The notes under the pieces were generated by a model. It saw nothing but the letters and a program-made list of their open reading frames with translations, searched no databases and was not told where the DNA came from. Of a stretch of 64,000 bases of DNA, positions 36,693 to 50,488 are shown in pieces. Each line of letters starts with the position of its first letter. Position 1 is the first letter of the stretch. Location: contig CM059432.1 of NCBI GenBank assembly GCA_030390025.1, forward strand, positions 99,698,001-99,762,000. Reading direction: 5' to 3'. Both the position numbers and the translations under genes were made by a program. The DNA is from Squalus acanthias (Eukaryota).

Positions 36693-37145
36693 ATTACATA
36701 GGATTACATAGGGTATACAGCACAGAAACAGGCCATTCGGCCCAACTAGTCCATGACGACATTTATGCTCCACTCGAGCCTTCTCCGTCTTTCCTTATCT
36801 AAATCTATCAGCGTAACCTTCCATTCCCTTCTCCCTCATATGCTTGTCTAGCCTTCCCTTAAATGTATTTATACTTTTCGCTTCAACCATTCCCTGTGGT
36901 AGCGAGTTCCACATTCTCACCACTCTTTTGGTGAAGAAGTTTCTTCTGAATTCCCTATTGGATTTCTTGGTGACTATCTTATATTGATGTCCTCTAGTTA
37001 TGCTCTTCCCCACAAGTGTAAACATTCTCTCTTTATCCACTCTTTCAAAACCTTTCATAATTTTAAAGAACTCTACTAGGTCACCCCTCAGCCTTCTTTT
37101 TTCAAGAGAAAAGAGACCCAACCTGTTCATCCTTTCCTGATATGG
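36693..37145 (-). mobile_element. CR1 3' end
   Basis: LGLFSLEKRRLRGDL...FFTKRVVRMWNSLP; (TTACATAGG) tail. Confidence 0.9.
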
Positions 37146-38497
37146 CGGCCGTCCTCTGGGTTTGGGAGCCTGGGAGGGCTCCGCAACAGCCTGCTCCTCC
37201 TGCAAGGGCTGAGACGGCCATCTCAGTTGGGTGAGGAATCTGGGGCTCTGACCGAGGGCTCCACAGTGGCATGGTAGTGTGAGCGCTTGGAGAGGAGCCC
37301 GCACTTCCTGGTTGTCGACCACCAACATCCCTCTCATGGGTCGCCCGCACTTCACTGCTAGCAAGTGGCTGGAGAGCACCTTGTTGCACATCAGTGGGGC
37401 CATGAGGACCCGTCTCTGTACTGACAGTCCTCATAACAGGAATGTTCATGTACCTCTGGTTCCTCTCCTCAATAGCTGCCCATCTATCCTCCATATCAGA
37501 CCATCTATTTAGAAGAGTCACCATGCTCTGTTGAGTCTGGCGATTTATGTCCTCCATGGAGGTTCCAATCCTTTCCATGGCGGCACCTACATTCGCCATT
37601 GCGTGCACCACCGCATTGCTCATGTTTGAGATGGACTCCTCTATTCCCTGCACACTCGCAGTTACCGTGGATGCAAAACCTGTCAGAGACTCCTGCATTT
37701 GTTTCTGAAGTTCCAGCACCGCTCTCTTTCTGGATGGCCCCAGAGGCACAGCATCTACATGCAGCAGAGCAGAGCTAGGAGTGCCCTGCGGCCTCCAACG
37801 AGGACTCTCCACTGCTGTCCCTGTCTCCACCATCTGCTGATGCTCACTTGTGAGCTGTGATACAGCAGGTGACAATACTAATCTATCTCGCAAAGGACCC
37901 ACCGAGGTGTGCGTATCTGCCCTAGAGCTGGGCGTGCTGATTTCTGGTGATGCTGCTCCCTCAGAGGCTCCAGGTTCCTCTGAGGAGTCATCCAGCTCTT
38001 TCTCCTGGACACTGGGGAGGGGGGCTTTCGATGGTCCGGTGGGGGAGTAAAGGCATGAGTTGGACATGTGATATTTAGGTGCCAGAAACATCCTATTGTG
38101 CAGATGATCAGAACTCAATCTGTATGAACATCAGATGCCATATCAGTCCATCATGAAATCTAAATGAGAGGGTTGCAAATCTATTCTGTCACCAGCTTAC
38201 TCTAGTGCACCCGACTCTCCGTCCCCCACTTTCAGCTCCTCTGCACCTCCGACTATGTTGAGAGCAGCCTCCTCAGCGTTTGTTAAAGTTGCGAGTGATG
38301 GTGGGCCTCCTCCTGTCCTTGCTCTCTCCCTCTTATTGTGGGCTCTCTTTTCCTGCAATGAGGGACACAAGTGGAGTTTCAGCGAGATTGATGGAGTGAG
38401 TGTAAAGATTACATAACATTGAAGCTTAGCGGGAGACAAAGAAGGAGTGACGTGCCAAAACCAAGGTGCCTCCCTGTGCCTTGTTATTTGTTCTCAT

Positions 38498-38734
38498 GAT
38501 GTGGAGATGCCGGCGTTGGACTGGGGTGGACAAAAATGAGAAGTCGCACAACACCAGGTTATAGTCCAACAGATTTATTTAATTTTACAAGCTTTCGGAG
38601 CTGTCGCTCCTTCGTCAGGTAAGTTAGCAGAAATTGCTAACTTACCTGACGAAGGAGCGACAGCTCCGAAAGCTTGTAAAATTAAATAAATCTGTTGGAC
38701 TATAACCTGGTGTTGTGCGACTTCTCATTTTTGT
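38498..38734. mobile_element. Penelope-derived palindromic insertion with two hammerhead ribozymes
   Basis: Perfect arms 38530-38629 / 38635-38734; 17-bp TSD TTGTTATTTGTT(C/G)TCAT at 38481-38497 and 38731-38747. Confidence 0.85.
38642..38679 (+). ncRNA. Minimal type I hammerhead ribozyme (mirror copy on - strand at 38585-38622)
   Basis: ttac-CTGACGA-A-ggagc/gaca/gctcc-GAAA-GCT-T-gtaa. Confidence 0.8.
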
Positions 38735-39451
38735 TATTTGTTGTCATTGCATAACAGTGATAGCGAGTGTGAGGGGTGCATAGTAGAATGGTGAAGTGAT
38801 TCTGTACAAAGAGAGAGAGAGATAGGTAAGGGTGCAAGGGAAGTAAGGATAAGTTGCGATGTGGAGGAGTAGGTTGACAATGCATAGTGCTGGTGATGAG
38901 AACAGATGGGATGCAGATTGAAGGTAAGTGTGATGTTATACTCACTTTTGCTGAGCGTAGCAGATCATTGAACCGTTTTCGGCACTGCACCCAGGTGCAT
39001 GAGCACAAGACCTGGCACTAACCTCCTCAGCAACTTGCAGCCAGGCTGCCTTTGTCTGCTGAGGAGGCTTCCTCCAGCCATCGGGAGGGAACAGAATCTC
39101 CCTGCGCCCTCTTACTCCCTCCACAAGAGAATGGAGGGAGTCATCATCAAATCTAGGAGCAGCCTTCGATCTTGCAGCAGTCATTTTCAGAGGACCCATT
39201 TTCAGGAGCAGCATAAACTAAATGAAATGTAAGGCTACATGGGCCCCTTAAAAGCTCCTGAATGGAAGACATCAGCAGGGGCGAGCAGCACACCCGAACC
39301 CACTGATTGGGCCGGGTAGCACACAGCGTGCTTAATAAGCCCAGTTAAATTAAAATCCTGATTTCGAAGCGGCTGAAGCCGGCAGTGGGACCGGAAGCCG
39401 CCGAACACTCAACCCGACTCCAATCCACCTCCGCTGGGAAAAGCACGGCAT

Positions 39452-39724
39452 TAGTGTGAGACTGGAGTCAAATATAGGCCAGACCAGATAAGGACAGCAG
39501 GTTTCCCTCCCTGAAGGACATTGATGGACTGGTTGGGTTTTTACAACAATTCAACAGCTTCATAGTCACTTTTACATATACCACCTTTTTATTTCCAGAT
39601 TTTTTAATTGTTTTAAACAGAATTCAAATTCTCACACTGCCATGGTGGGATTGGAACTCAGGTTCTGACTGGATTATTAAGCCTCTTGGATTACTCGTCC
39701 AGTAACATAACCGCTGCACTACCG
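39452..39724 (-). mobile_element. tRNA-derived SINE (second family)
   Basis: Minus-strand A-box-like GGTAGTGCAGCGG and B-box-like GAGTTCCAATCC. Confidence 0.6.
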
Positions 39725-41147
39725 TAAGATTTCTAAATGAATTAATAAACCTGATCTCTTAACACTTCATTCTCCACTTATTTTAAAGATGAATTAGCAT
39801 TGCAACTGATCACTGTACAAAAATGCTGGGATATATAGATTTACAAAGTGCATGAATAATAACTTGTAGATTTGCAGTTCTTATTTAGCTGCAGATTAAA
39901 AGTTTAATAGATATAAAGAATGTTGGTGGGAATGTTCAATAATAGATTGCCTTGACAGGGGCTTGGAGGAATGATAAGGCAACTAATCAATTGCAACCTA
40001 TTGTATCTTGCTTTAAGCAACTTGAGAATGCATGAGAACTTCTGTAGCATTTATTTCCATAATCTATTGCTAAAATGGCTCTGGGCATCGACATAACTTA
40101 TTAAAATAAACACCACAGTATAGCAAACATATTTAATGTCTCCAAAAAGTATATTATAGTGAGGCTACAGTGTAGTTTGTACTGAAAGTATTCCCCTCTA
40201 TGATTTCCTTCTCCTTTACGTGAAATAATCTCGTTGTATTTACATCACCCACGCATTCAGATTCTTAAACACCTGTTTCATGTCCACTTTGATGTTGGTT
40301 CTAGCTGACTTTTAAACTCTGATATTTAAAACTGAACATTGATATGTCTCCATTAGGTTGATTGTTCAATTAGTTTCAATGAGAAGGACAATCTAAAATG
40401 TACCATCCTTTAGCTGAAGTATTTTTTTTCTATTTGAAATGTTAGGCAAGTAAACACCCACTCGTACGTTACAAAACATTGCCTGTCCAATCCTCAGATA
40501 TTGCCATTGTAATTCATTTCCCCCCAAACTGTCTTCTGTAAACATCGTTTATTATACGTAGAGTAGAAAGGCAACCAGTCTCTCTGGATTAGCTCTGAAA
40601 CAACACCAGTTATAGTTCGATAAAACGATCACTGCAGAAAGCTCAGTCAAGTGGTAAGCAACACGACACACTAGGAGGCAGATCATGGCAGGTTAGCTTG
40701 GTGGGCCGGGCGGAAGCACTCCTGCTTCTCCTGACCCACAGGCAATGCTGAAAAAGCACTTACCTGCTGCAGCGGGTAGTTTTCACCTCCCTTCGGCTGC
40801 TGGGTTTCCCGAGCTCTGGGAAATCCAAACGGCTGCTAAAATCTGAGGCAGGCAGCCTCATTAAAATATAAAAGTTACTGACCCACCTCTCGAGAGTAGG
40901 TTACTCTCCCAAACCCCCAACCCACCCCGGTTAAACCGGAAGTAGGTGCTTTCACGGTGGGATGGGGCTGGGTTTCCCATTTTTAAGAAATTAACTCCGC
41001 TCCACCGCTTTGCTGCCCATCGGGGGTTAAAATTCTCCCACTGTTTTTGATCCACTGTTTTGCTTGCCAGAACACTCAATATATTATTTTGTTACTTGAA
41101 AAGTAGCGCTAAAAAGTAATGCTTCTAAACAGTTTTTAGTATAAAGT

Positions 41148-43130
41148 CAGACTCCCTGGGTGACGAAAGAGATAGAGAGTAAGATGAAGCAGAAAAAGAG
41201 CGGGGATGTCAAGTCGAGAATACATCTGAGAATCAGGCTAAATATAGAAAGTTCAGAAGAGAAGTGAAAAAGAAAATAAGAGGGGAAAAGAGAGGGTATG
41301 AGAATAGAATGGCAGCCAGCATAAAAGGTAATCCAAAAATCTTCTATAGGCATATAAATAGTAAACGGGCAGTAAGAGGAGGGGTGGGGCCGATTAGGGA
41401 TCAAAAAGGAGACCTGTGCATGGAGGCAGAGGGTATGGCTGAGGTGCTAAATGAGTACTTTGCAATAGTCTTCACCATGGAAGAAGATGCTGCCACAGAC
41501 ATAGTGAAGGAGGAGGTAGAGAAGATACTGGAAGGGATAAAAATTGATAAAGAGGAGGTACTAGAAAGGCTGGTTGTACTTAAAGTAGATAAGTCACCAG
41601 GACCAGATGGGATGCATCCTAGGATACTGAGGGAAGTAAAGGAACAAATCAAGGAGGTACTGGCCATAATCTTCCAATTTTCCTTAGAAACGGGGGTGGT
41701 GCCAGAGGATTGGAAAATTGCAAATGTTACACCCTTGTTCAAAAAAGGGTGTAAAGATAAACCCAGCAACTACAGGCCAGTCAGTTTAAACTCGGTAGTG
41801 GGGGAACTCTTAGAAACAATAATCAGGGACAAAATTAACAGTCACTTGGACAAGTGTGGATTAATTAAGGAAAGCCAGAACAGATTTGTTAAAGGCAAAT
41901 CGTGTTTAACCAACTTGATCAAGTTTTTTGATGAGGTAACAGAGAGGATTGATGAGGGCAATGCGGTTGACATGGTGTACATGGATTTCCAAGAGGCGTT
42001 CGACAAAGTGACACTTAATAGGCTTGCCAGCAAAGTTGAAGCCCATGAAATAAAGGGGACAGTGGCAGCTTAGATACGAAATTGGCTAAGTGACAGGAAA
42101 CAGAGAGTAGTGGTGAATGATTGTTTCTCGGACTGGAGGAAGGTATACAGTGATGTTCCCCAGGGTTCAGTTCTAGGACCACTGCTTTCCTTGATACTTA
42201 TTAATGACTTGGACTTGGGTGTACAGGGCACAATTTCAAAATTTGCAGATGACCCAAAACTTGGAAGTATAGTGAACAGTGAGGAGGATAGTGATAGACT
42301 TCAAGAGGACATAGACAGGCTGGTGGAATGGGCGGACACATGGCAGATGAAATTTAATGCAGAAAAGTGCGAAGTGATACATTTTGGTAGGAAGAACGAG
42401 GAGAGGCAATATAAACTAAAGGGTACAATCCTAAAGGGGGTGTTTGAACAGAGAGATCTAGGGGTACATGTACACAAATCGTTGAAGGTGGTAGGGCAGG
42501 TTGAGAAAGCAATTAAAAAAACTTACGGGATTCTGGGCTTCATAAATAGAGGTATAGAGTACAAAAGCGTGGAAATTATGATGAACCTGTATAAAACGCT
42601 GGTTCGGCCTCAACTGGAGTATTGTGTCCAATTCTGGGCACCATACTTTAGGAAGGATGTGAAGACCTTAGAGAGGGTGCAGAAAAGATTTACAAGAATG
42701 ATTCCAGGGATGAGGGACTTCAGTTACGTGGATAGACTGGAGAAGCTGGGGTTGTTCTCCTTAGAGCAGAGAAGATTGAGAGGAGATTTGATAGAGGTGT
42801 TCAAAATCATGAGGGGTATGGATAGAGTAGAAAGAGAGAAACTGCTCCCATTGGCAGAACCAGAGGACACAGATTTAAGGTGATTGGCAGAAGAACCAAA
42901 GGCGACATGAGGAAAAACTTTTTTACTCAGCGAGTGGTTAGGATCTGGAATGCACTGCCTGAAAGGGTCGTGGAGGCAGATTCAATCATGGCTTTCAAAA
43001 GGGAATTGGATAAGTACCTGAAGGAAAAAATTTGCAAGCCTACGGGGAAAGGGCAGGGGAGTGGGACCAGCTGAAGTGCTCTTACAGAAAGCCGGCACGA
43101 TCTCAACGGGCCGAATGGCCTCCTTCTGTA
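41148..43130 (+). mobile_element. 5'-truncated CR1 LINE
   Basis: [29 protein letters not shown] and C-terminal motifs. Confidence 0.92.
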
Positions 43131-43334
43131 GACAATCAGGTTTAAATGTTCATTCACTGATATTGCCTACAATAATTTCTAACCTATTATCTTCAGGGAA
43201 GAAGCTTTTGTCAATGTTTATTGGTGTGTGTCCATTCATGTAATATAAATAGAACATAATAAAACAAAGGCCAAGTAAAAGCCATGTGTCCCATTGAAGC
43301 TCATTCTTCTAGTGCCCTAACTTTCTCATCACCA

Positions 43335-43877
43335 GGGGAGAATTTCACTCTCTCCGCCTGGCAGAAACTGGGTGGTACGAGAGTTAAATCAAAGTGGTAG
43401 TCTTAGTGCTGGTTTTCTGCCCCATTGCCATCTTCCCACTACTGGTTTAATAGGTGACTGTGCTGCCCGCCTGACTTAGGCGTGAGCCTCATGAATACAT
43501 TTCAATCTGGGCCCTATTAAGTAGATAGGACCCCACAGTCATTTTTACAGCCTACTCGGCGGCGTGCCTGCCGTGGATGCGCAGCTCATTAGAATCTCTC
43601 GGCCAAAAAGTGGGAGCCCTCAATAATAGGTGAAGAAATTATTTCTGCTGTGGGCCAAGAGTTGCAGAAGTGTTCCTCCGGGCCCACAAACATAAGTTAG
43701 CCACTGGTGCCCTGGGCTCCCCCGCTTCCGTGATTGCAAATCTCACCGCAGGGCAGGCTTAACAAGGTCAATCAAGGGAAAATAGCGTGAGTTGGCCAGA
43801 CGTCGTTGGGGGCGGGACTGAAACCCGACAATCAGCAGTCCCGCCCCCAACGTGCCCCCATTGACAAAATCCAGCCC
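43335..43877. mobile_element. Old Harbinger-type MITE
   Basis: Degenerate TIRs GGGGAGAATTT / AAAATCCAGCCC; no clean TSD. Confidence 0.5.
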
Positions 43878-43984
43878 TTAACTTCAGATCTCTATGAATT
43901 TATTATTATCATGTCCCCTCCTGTTTACAACAGTTATTTATAAATGCACCTCAGGAAGTTATGTGCATATTTTCACATGACCTT

Positions 43985-46900
43985 GGCCGGAATATTCTGG
44001 CGTCCATGTGGGCGGGATTGGAGGCAGGTCAGGAGTGAAAGTTGAAATAGCTCGGAGCAGGTCGGGAACACACCATCATCCCGCCTCCACGCGCCTTTCA
44101 CTTGGGATCATTTGCCAGCACGGCCATGACCCTAACGGCAGAGCGGCCAAGCTAATTAAGATCATTATTAGGGACTTGTCAGACCCTTAAGTGTCCTTTT
44201 AGAAACATAGAAATATAGAAGATAAGAGCAGGAGTAGGGCATTTGGCCCCTCGAGCTTGCTCTGCCATTTAATGAGATCATGGTTGATCATTCAAATTCA
44301 GTACCCTGTCCCTGCTTTCTCCCCATATCCCTTGATCCCTTTAGCCTTAAGAAATATATCTAACTCCTTCTTGAATATATTTAATGAATTGGCCTCAACT
44401 GCCTTTTGTGGCAGAGAATTCCACAGGTTCACCACTCTCTGGGTGAAGAAATTCCTCCTCATCTCTGTCCTAAATGGCTTACCCCTTATCTTTAGACTGT
44501 GACCCCTGGTTCTGGACTCCACTGCCATCGGGAACATCCTTCCTGCATCTAGTCTGTCTAGTCCTGTTAGAATTTTATAAGTTTCAATGAGATCCCCTCT
44601 CATTCTTCAAAACTCCAGCGAATATAAGGCCAATCGACCCAATCTCTCCTCATATGTCATTCCTGCCATCCCAGGTATCAGTCTGGTAAATCTTCGCTGC
44701 ACTCCCTCCATGGCAAGAACATCCTTCCTCAGATAAGGCGACCAAAACTGCACACAATACTCAAGGTGTGGTCTCACTAAGGCCCTGTACAACTGCAGCA
44801 AGACATCCTTGCTCCTGTACTCGAATCCTCTCACTATGAAGGCCAACATACCATTTGTCTTCTTAACCGCCTGCTGCATCTGTATGCTTACCTTCAGCGA
44901 CTGGTGCACAAGGACACCCAGGTCTCGTTGCACTTCCCCTTCTCCCAATCTATTGCCGTTCAGATAATAATCTGCCTTCCTGTTTTTGCCACCAAAATGG
45001 ATAACCTCGCATTTATCCACATTATACTGCATCTGCCATGCATCTGCCCAATCACACAACCTGTCCAAATCATACTGGAGTTTCTCGGCATCCTACTCAC
45101 AGCACACACGTCCACCCAGCTTTGTGTCATCTGCAAACTTGGAGATATTACATCTAGTTCCCTCATCTAGATCATTAATATATATTGTGAATAACTGGGG
45201 TCCTAGCACCGATCCCTGCGGTACCCCACTAGTCACTGCCTGCCACTCGGAAAAAGACCCGTTTATTCCTACTCTTTGCTTCCTGTCTGCCAACCAGTAC
45301 TCTATCCAAGTCAGTACCTTACCCCCAATCCCATGTGCTTTAACTTTGCACGCTAATCTCTTATGCGGGAACTTATCGAAAGCCTTCTGAAAGTCCAAAT
45401 ACACCACATCCACTGGTTCTCCCTTATCTATTCTACCGGTTACATCCTCAAAAAATTCCAGTAGATTAGTCAAGCACGATTTACCTTTTGTAAATCCATG
45501 TTGACTTTGTCCGCTCCTGTCACTGTTTTCCAAGTGCTCTGCTATTACATCTTTTATAATGGACTCCAGCATTTTGCCCACTACCGATGTCAGGCTTACC
45601 GGTCTATAATTCCCCGTTTTCACTCTACCACCTTTTTTAAATAGTGGGGTTACATTAGCTACCCTCCAATCCATGGGAACTGTTCCAGAGTCTATAGAAT
45701 TTTGGAAGATGACCAGCAATGCATCTACTATTTCTAGGGCCACTTCCTTAAGTACCCTAGGATGTAAATTATCAGGCCCTGGGGATTTATCAGCCTTCAA
45801 TCCCGTCAACTTCCCTAACACCATTTCCTTACAAATACTGATTTCATTCAGTTCATCCCTCTCATTAGACCCTACGTTCTCCGACATCTCTGGGAGGTTA
45901 TTTGTGTCCTCCTTTGTGAAGACAGAACCAAAGTATGTATTTAATTGGTCAGCCATTTCTTTGTTACCCATTATAAATTCCCCTGATTCTGACTGCAAGG
46001 GACCTACGCTTGACTTCACCAATCTTTTTCTCTTCACATATCTACAGAAGCTTTTACAGTCAGTTTTTATGTTACCAGCAAGCTTACTCTCATACTCTAT
46101 TTTCCCCCTCTTAATTAATCCTTTTGTCCTCCTTTGCTGAATCCTAAACTGGTCCCAATCCTCAGGTTTGCTTCTTTTTCTGGACAATTTATATGTCCTC
46201 TCCTTGGATCTTATGCTATCCCTAATTTCCTTGTTAGCCACGGTTGCGCCACATTTTTTGATTTATTTTTATGCCAAACAGGGATGAACAAATTCTGTAG
46301 TTCATCCATGTGATCTTTAAATGTTTGCCATTGCCTATCCACCATCAACCCTTTAAGTAATGTTCCCCAATCCATCCAACGAACTCGCACCTCATACCAT
46401 CGTAGTTTCCTTTATTTAAATTCAGGACCCTAGTCTCTGAGTCAACTACTTCACTCTCCATCTTAATGAAGAATTCTATCATATTATGATTGCTCCTCCC
46501 CAAGGGGCTTCACACAACAACATTGCTAATTAATCCTTTCTCATTACATAATACCCAATCTAAGATGGCCTGATCTCTAGTTGGTTCCTCGACATATTGG
46601 TCCAGGAAACCATCCCGTATACACTCTAGGAATTCCTCCTCCACAGTATTGTTACTAATTTGGTTAGCCCAATCTATATGTAGATTAAAGTCACCCATGA
46701 TAACTGCTGTGCCCTTATTGCACGCGTCTCTAATTTCCTGTTTAATGCCATCCCCAACCTCAGCATTACTGTTTGGGGGTCTGTATACAACTCCCACTAA
46801 TGTTTTCTGCCCCTTGGTATTTTTCAGCTCTACCCATACAGATTCCACATCATCAGAGCTAATATCCTTCCTTACCATTGTGTTAATCTCCTTTTTAACC

Positions 46901-49900
46901 AGCAATGCTACCCCACCTCCTTTTCCTTTTTGCCTGTCCTTCCTGAATATTGAATACCCCTGGATGTTGAATTCCCAGCCTTGGTCACCCTGGAGCCATT
47001 ATATCCCAATTATATCATATCCGTTTACATCTATTTGCGCAGCTAATTCATCCACCTTATTACGAATGCTCCTTGCATTAAGACACAAAGCCTTCAGGCT
47101 TGTTTTTTTTAACACTCTTAGTCCTTTTAGAATTATTATTTACTGTGGCCCTGTTTGATTTACACACTTGATTTCTCTGCCTTCCACTTTTGCTTTTCTC
47201 CTTCCTGTCTTTTGCTTCTATCCTTGCTTCCCTTTCCTCTGTCTCCCTGCACAGGTTCCCAACCCCCTGCCATTTTAGTTTAAACCCTCCCCAACAGCAC
47301 TAGCAAACACTCCCCCTACGACATCAGACCCGGTCCTGCCCAGGTGCAAACCGTCCAGTTTGTACTGGTCCCACCTCCCCCAGGACCGATTCCAATGTCC
47401 CAGGAATTTGAATCCCTCCCCCTAGCACCATTCCTCTAGCCACGTATTCATCTGAAATATCATTCTATTTCTACTCTGACTAGCATGTGGCACTGGTAGG
47501 AATCCTGAGATTAATACCTTTGAGGTCCTATTTTTTAATTTACCTGCTAACTCCCTATATTCTGCTTTTAGGACCTCATCCTGTTTTTTACCTATATCGT
47601 TGATACCTATATGCACCACGACAGCTGGCTGTTCACCCTCCCCCTCCAGAATGCCCTGCAGCCACTCCGAGACATCCTTGACCCTTGCACCAGGGAGGCA
47701 ACATACCATCCTGGAGTCTCATTTGCGGCTGCAGAAACGCCTATCTATTCCCCTTACAATAGAATCCCCTATCACGATAGCTCTCCCGCACTTTTTCCTC
47801 TCGCCCTGTGCAGTAGAACCACCCATGGTGCCAGGAAGTTGGCTACTGCTGCCTTCCCCTGATAAGCCATCTCCCCCAACAATAATCAAAGCGGTATATC
47901 TGTTTGAGAGGGGGATGGCCACAGGAGACCCCTGCACTACCTGCCTGCGCCTACTACTCTGCCTGGTGGTCACCCATTCCCTTCCTGCCTGTGCAGCCTT
48001 TACCTGTGGTGTGACCAACTCCCTAAACATTCTATCCACGATGTCCTCAGCATCGCGAATGCTCCAGTATTTATCCATTCACAGCTCCAGCGCCGTAATG
48101 TGGTCTGCCAGTAGCTGCAGCAAGATACACTTCCCGCACACATAGTCATCAGGGACACAGGATGTGTCCCTGAATTCCTACATAGTGCAGGTGGAGCATG
48201 CCATGGGGCTGAGCTGTGCTGCCATGACTTACCCTTTAATTAATTCAAATTACATTAAATCAAATCAATACCACTAATTACACTACAATTAAATGATATA
48301 CTCAAGGGCCCTTGTTTACAAGCACTCCCCGCTACACAACAGAGACCCGAGAAACTATAAACCATAAAATTTAAGTTTGGAAACTTAACCCTACCTTTCT
48401 AATTTCACTGGATGACCACAGGAATCACGCAGCTCAGGAACCACGTTTGTGAAGCTGAGGCAGAAGCTCAGTGGCCATTAATGGAACTCATTAGTGAACA
48501 GCATGGAAAGCACAATAAATACTCGCACCTGACACCTGGTTACTTTCCTAAGGCAGATGCTGTTGCTGAATGCATTGTCAGCACAGATTTAGCTTTCTAG
48601 AGGTTGCAAGTGTTCTCAGCAAAGTCGGGAATCACTGTCACCTCATTGCTACAACCTATCACACCATTGGCAGATTTCTTCTTTCATCTCTACTTCACCT
48701 GCCATCTATTACATTAGCATTGGTGCCGTTTATACTCTCTCACCTTGGTCATCAAAATCGGACCACGATGAGCCCCAACACCAGCAGCACCAACAACAAC
48801 ACCAACAACCTTCTCCTCAACCACCTGATGCTCCACAGGACAGAGGCCATCAGCGCAGGGCTGCACCACACTGGAAGCGATACCCCCAACATAGGGTATA
48901 CAGGCAGAAGATGAGCTTCCTCAACATGACTGAGCAGCACTGCCAAAGGAGGCTCAGGTTATCATGCCAGGTCATCGTAGACAATTGCACATTGCCGGAG
49001 CAAGACCTGCAGCCCAGAGGAATGGGTGGACACGCCTTACCAGTGGCTGTCAAAGTCAGCAGTGCCCTCAACTTCTTCACCTCAGGCTCCTTCCAGGGAT
49101 TTGCAGCAGACATTTTTGGCATCTCGTAGTTGGCCGCACACAAATGCATCACACAGGTCACGGATGCCCAGTTTGACAAGTCAGCCAATTATATCAATGT
49201 TGCCACTGATGAAGCCAGTGTTACTGAGTGGGCGCTTGGCTTTGCCACTCTGGCTGGCTTCCCATGGGTGCAGGGCATCAACGACTGCACACATGTAGCC
49301 ATCAGGGCACCCCATCATAACCCAGGAGTGTTTGTCAACTGCATGGGCTTCCACTCCCTCAATGTGCAGCTCATCTGCAACTATAGGAAGATCATCATGC
49401 ATGTGTGTGCCAAATTCACTGGCAGCTGCCATAACTCTTTTGTCCTGCACAGTCCACCCTCCCTCAGCTCTTCGCACCTCCAAACAGATTTTCCAGCTGG
49501 CTGCTTGGAGACGAGGGCTATCCACTGAAGACATGGCTCATGACACCCTTGAGGAGGCCAAGCAATGAGGCCGAGGAGAGATATAATGAAAGCCACATTT
49601 CCACCAGATGTGTCATAGAGCAGACAATAGGCATGCTCAAAATGCTGAAGATGCCTTGACAGATCTGGAGGAGCTCTTCAGTATGCACCAGCCAGGGTCT
49701 CCAGAATTGTCATTCTCTGCTGCGCCCTGCACAACATAGCGCAGCAGTGAGGATTAGCATTGGATGAGGAGCAAGGTGCAGAGCACACAGCCTCCTCCTC
49801 GTCCGGAGCATCAGCTGGAAGATGATGAGGAGGAGGAGCTGAAGGAACCTGAGGTCCAGATCCCACCAGCACCCGAGCACATTGCTGCCCGGAAGGCCAG

Positions 49901-50488
49901 GGATGGCTTCATCAGGGCCAGATTTACTTAACTTCAGGCATTACACCCATATGGCTGCCATATGCTGCGCCAGGTTCCCACCACCCCACAGCAACACCAT
50001 AAAGCATCCCTACAATGACCAAGCTGTTCCCTTCACACTGACCACCATTGCTGGAGGTAACATTATGTCTCACCATTCACTCCAAACCACTAAGTGACTT
50101 CCAAAGTTGCAGACAAAATTGGCCATGAAAGTGGTGAAAATAATTATTTTTATCTGTGACATCAGAGTAACGGAAACTTAACAGAAAGAGATATTAAAAC
50201 ACCCAAGTGTTTATCCTTGTGCATCTACTTGTGTTTCATCTTTCTCTTACGCGTGCTTCTACGAGGCACTACCCTCTGTGGCTTCAGCAGAGGTAGAGGT
50301 AGAGGCAGCCTGCTCACTTCCCTGCTGTGACTGCATAGACACTTTTGGAGCCTGTGATGGCCATGCCAAAGTCTGCTCCTCCTGCGACTGTGCAGGGGCA
50401 GACTCAGTCATCGCGATCCCAGGAGGCATGTGGGGCTCTGACTGAGGGGGATGCAACGGGGGAGAAGTGTGGAGCACTTTGAGAGACA
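43985..50488 (+). mobile_element. Degenerate Harbinger (same family as 9745-15470), right end lost, interrupted by a CR1
   Basis: TIR GGCCGGAATATTC; transposase remnant 48767-49930 closely matches 11960-13000; Myb 3' end 50226-50488. Confidence 0.88.
44202..48384 (-). mobile_element. Near full-length CR1 LINE (ORF1 esterase plus ORF2, disrupted)
   Basis: ORF1 from ATG 48225 (IVIGDSIVR, CLPGA), APE, RT FADDTKL; the Harbinger host sequence resumes at 48385. Confidence 0.92.

Larger units (their letters stand above)
37146..39449 (-). mobile_element. Harbinger right half with decayed 3-exon Myb gene
   Basis: Exon 1 39184-38946 (frameshifted), exon 2 EKRAHNKRERARTGGGPP, exon 3 mostly open; right end similar to 33900-34135. 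Confidence 0.85.

Noticed and set aside
36795..37403. Possible Myb-CR1 fusion protein
   Set aside because: Junction of a truncated CR1 with a decayed Myb exon; upstream exons are frameshifted.
39660..39724. tRNA gene
   Set aside because: Only degenerate A/B boxes as a SINE head; no cloverleaf.
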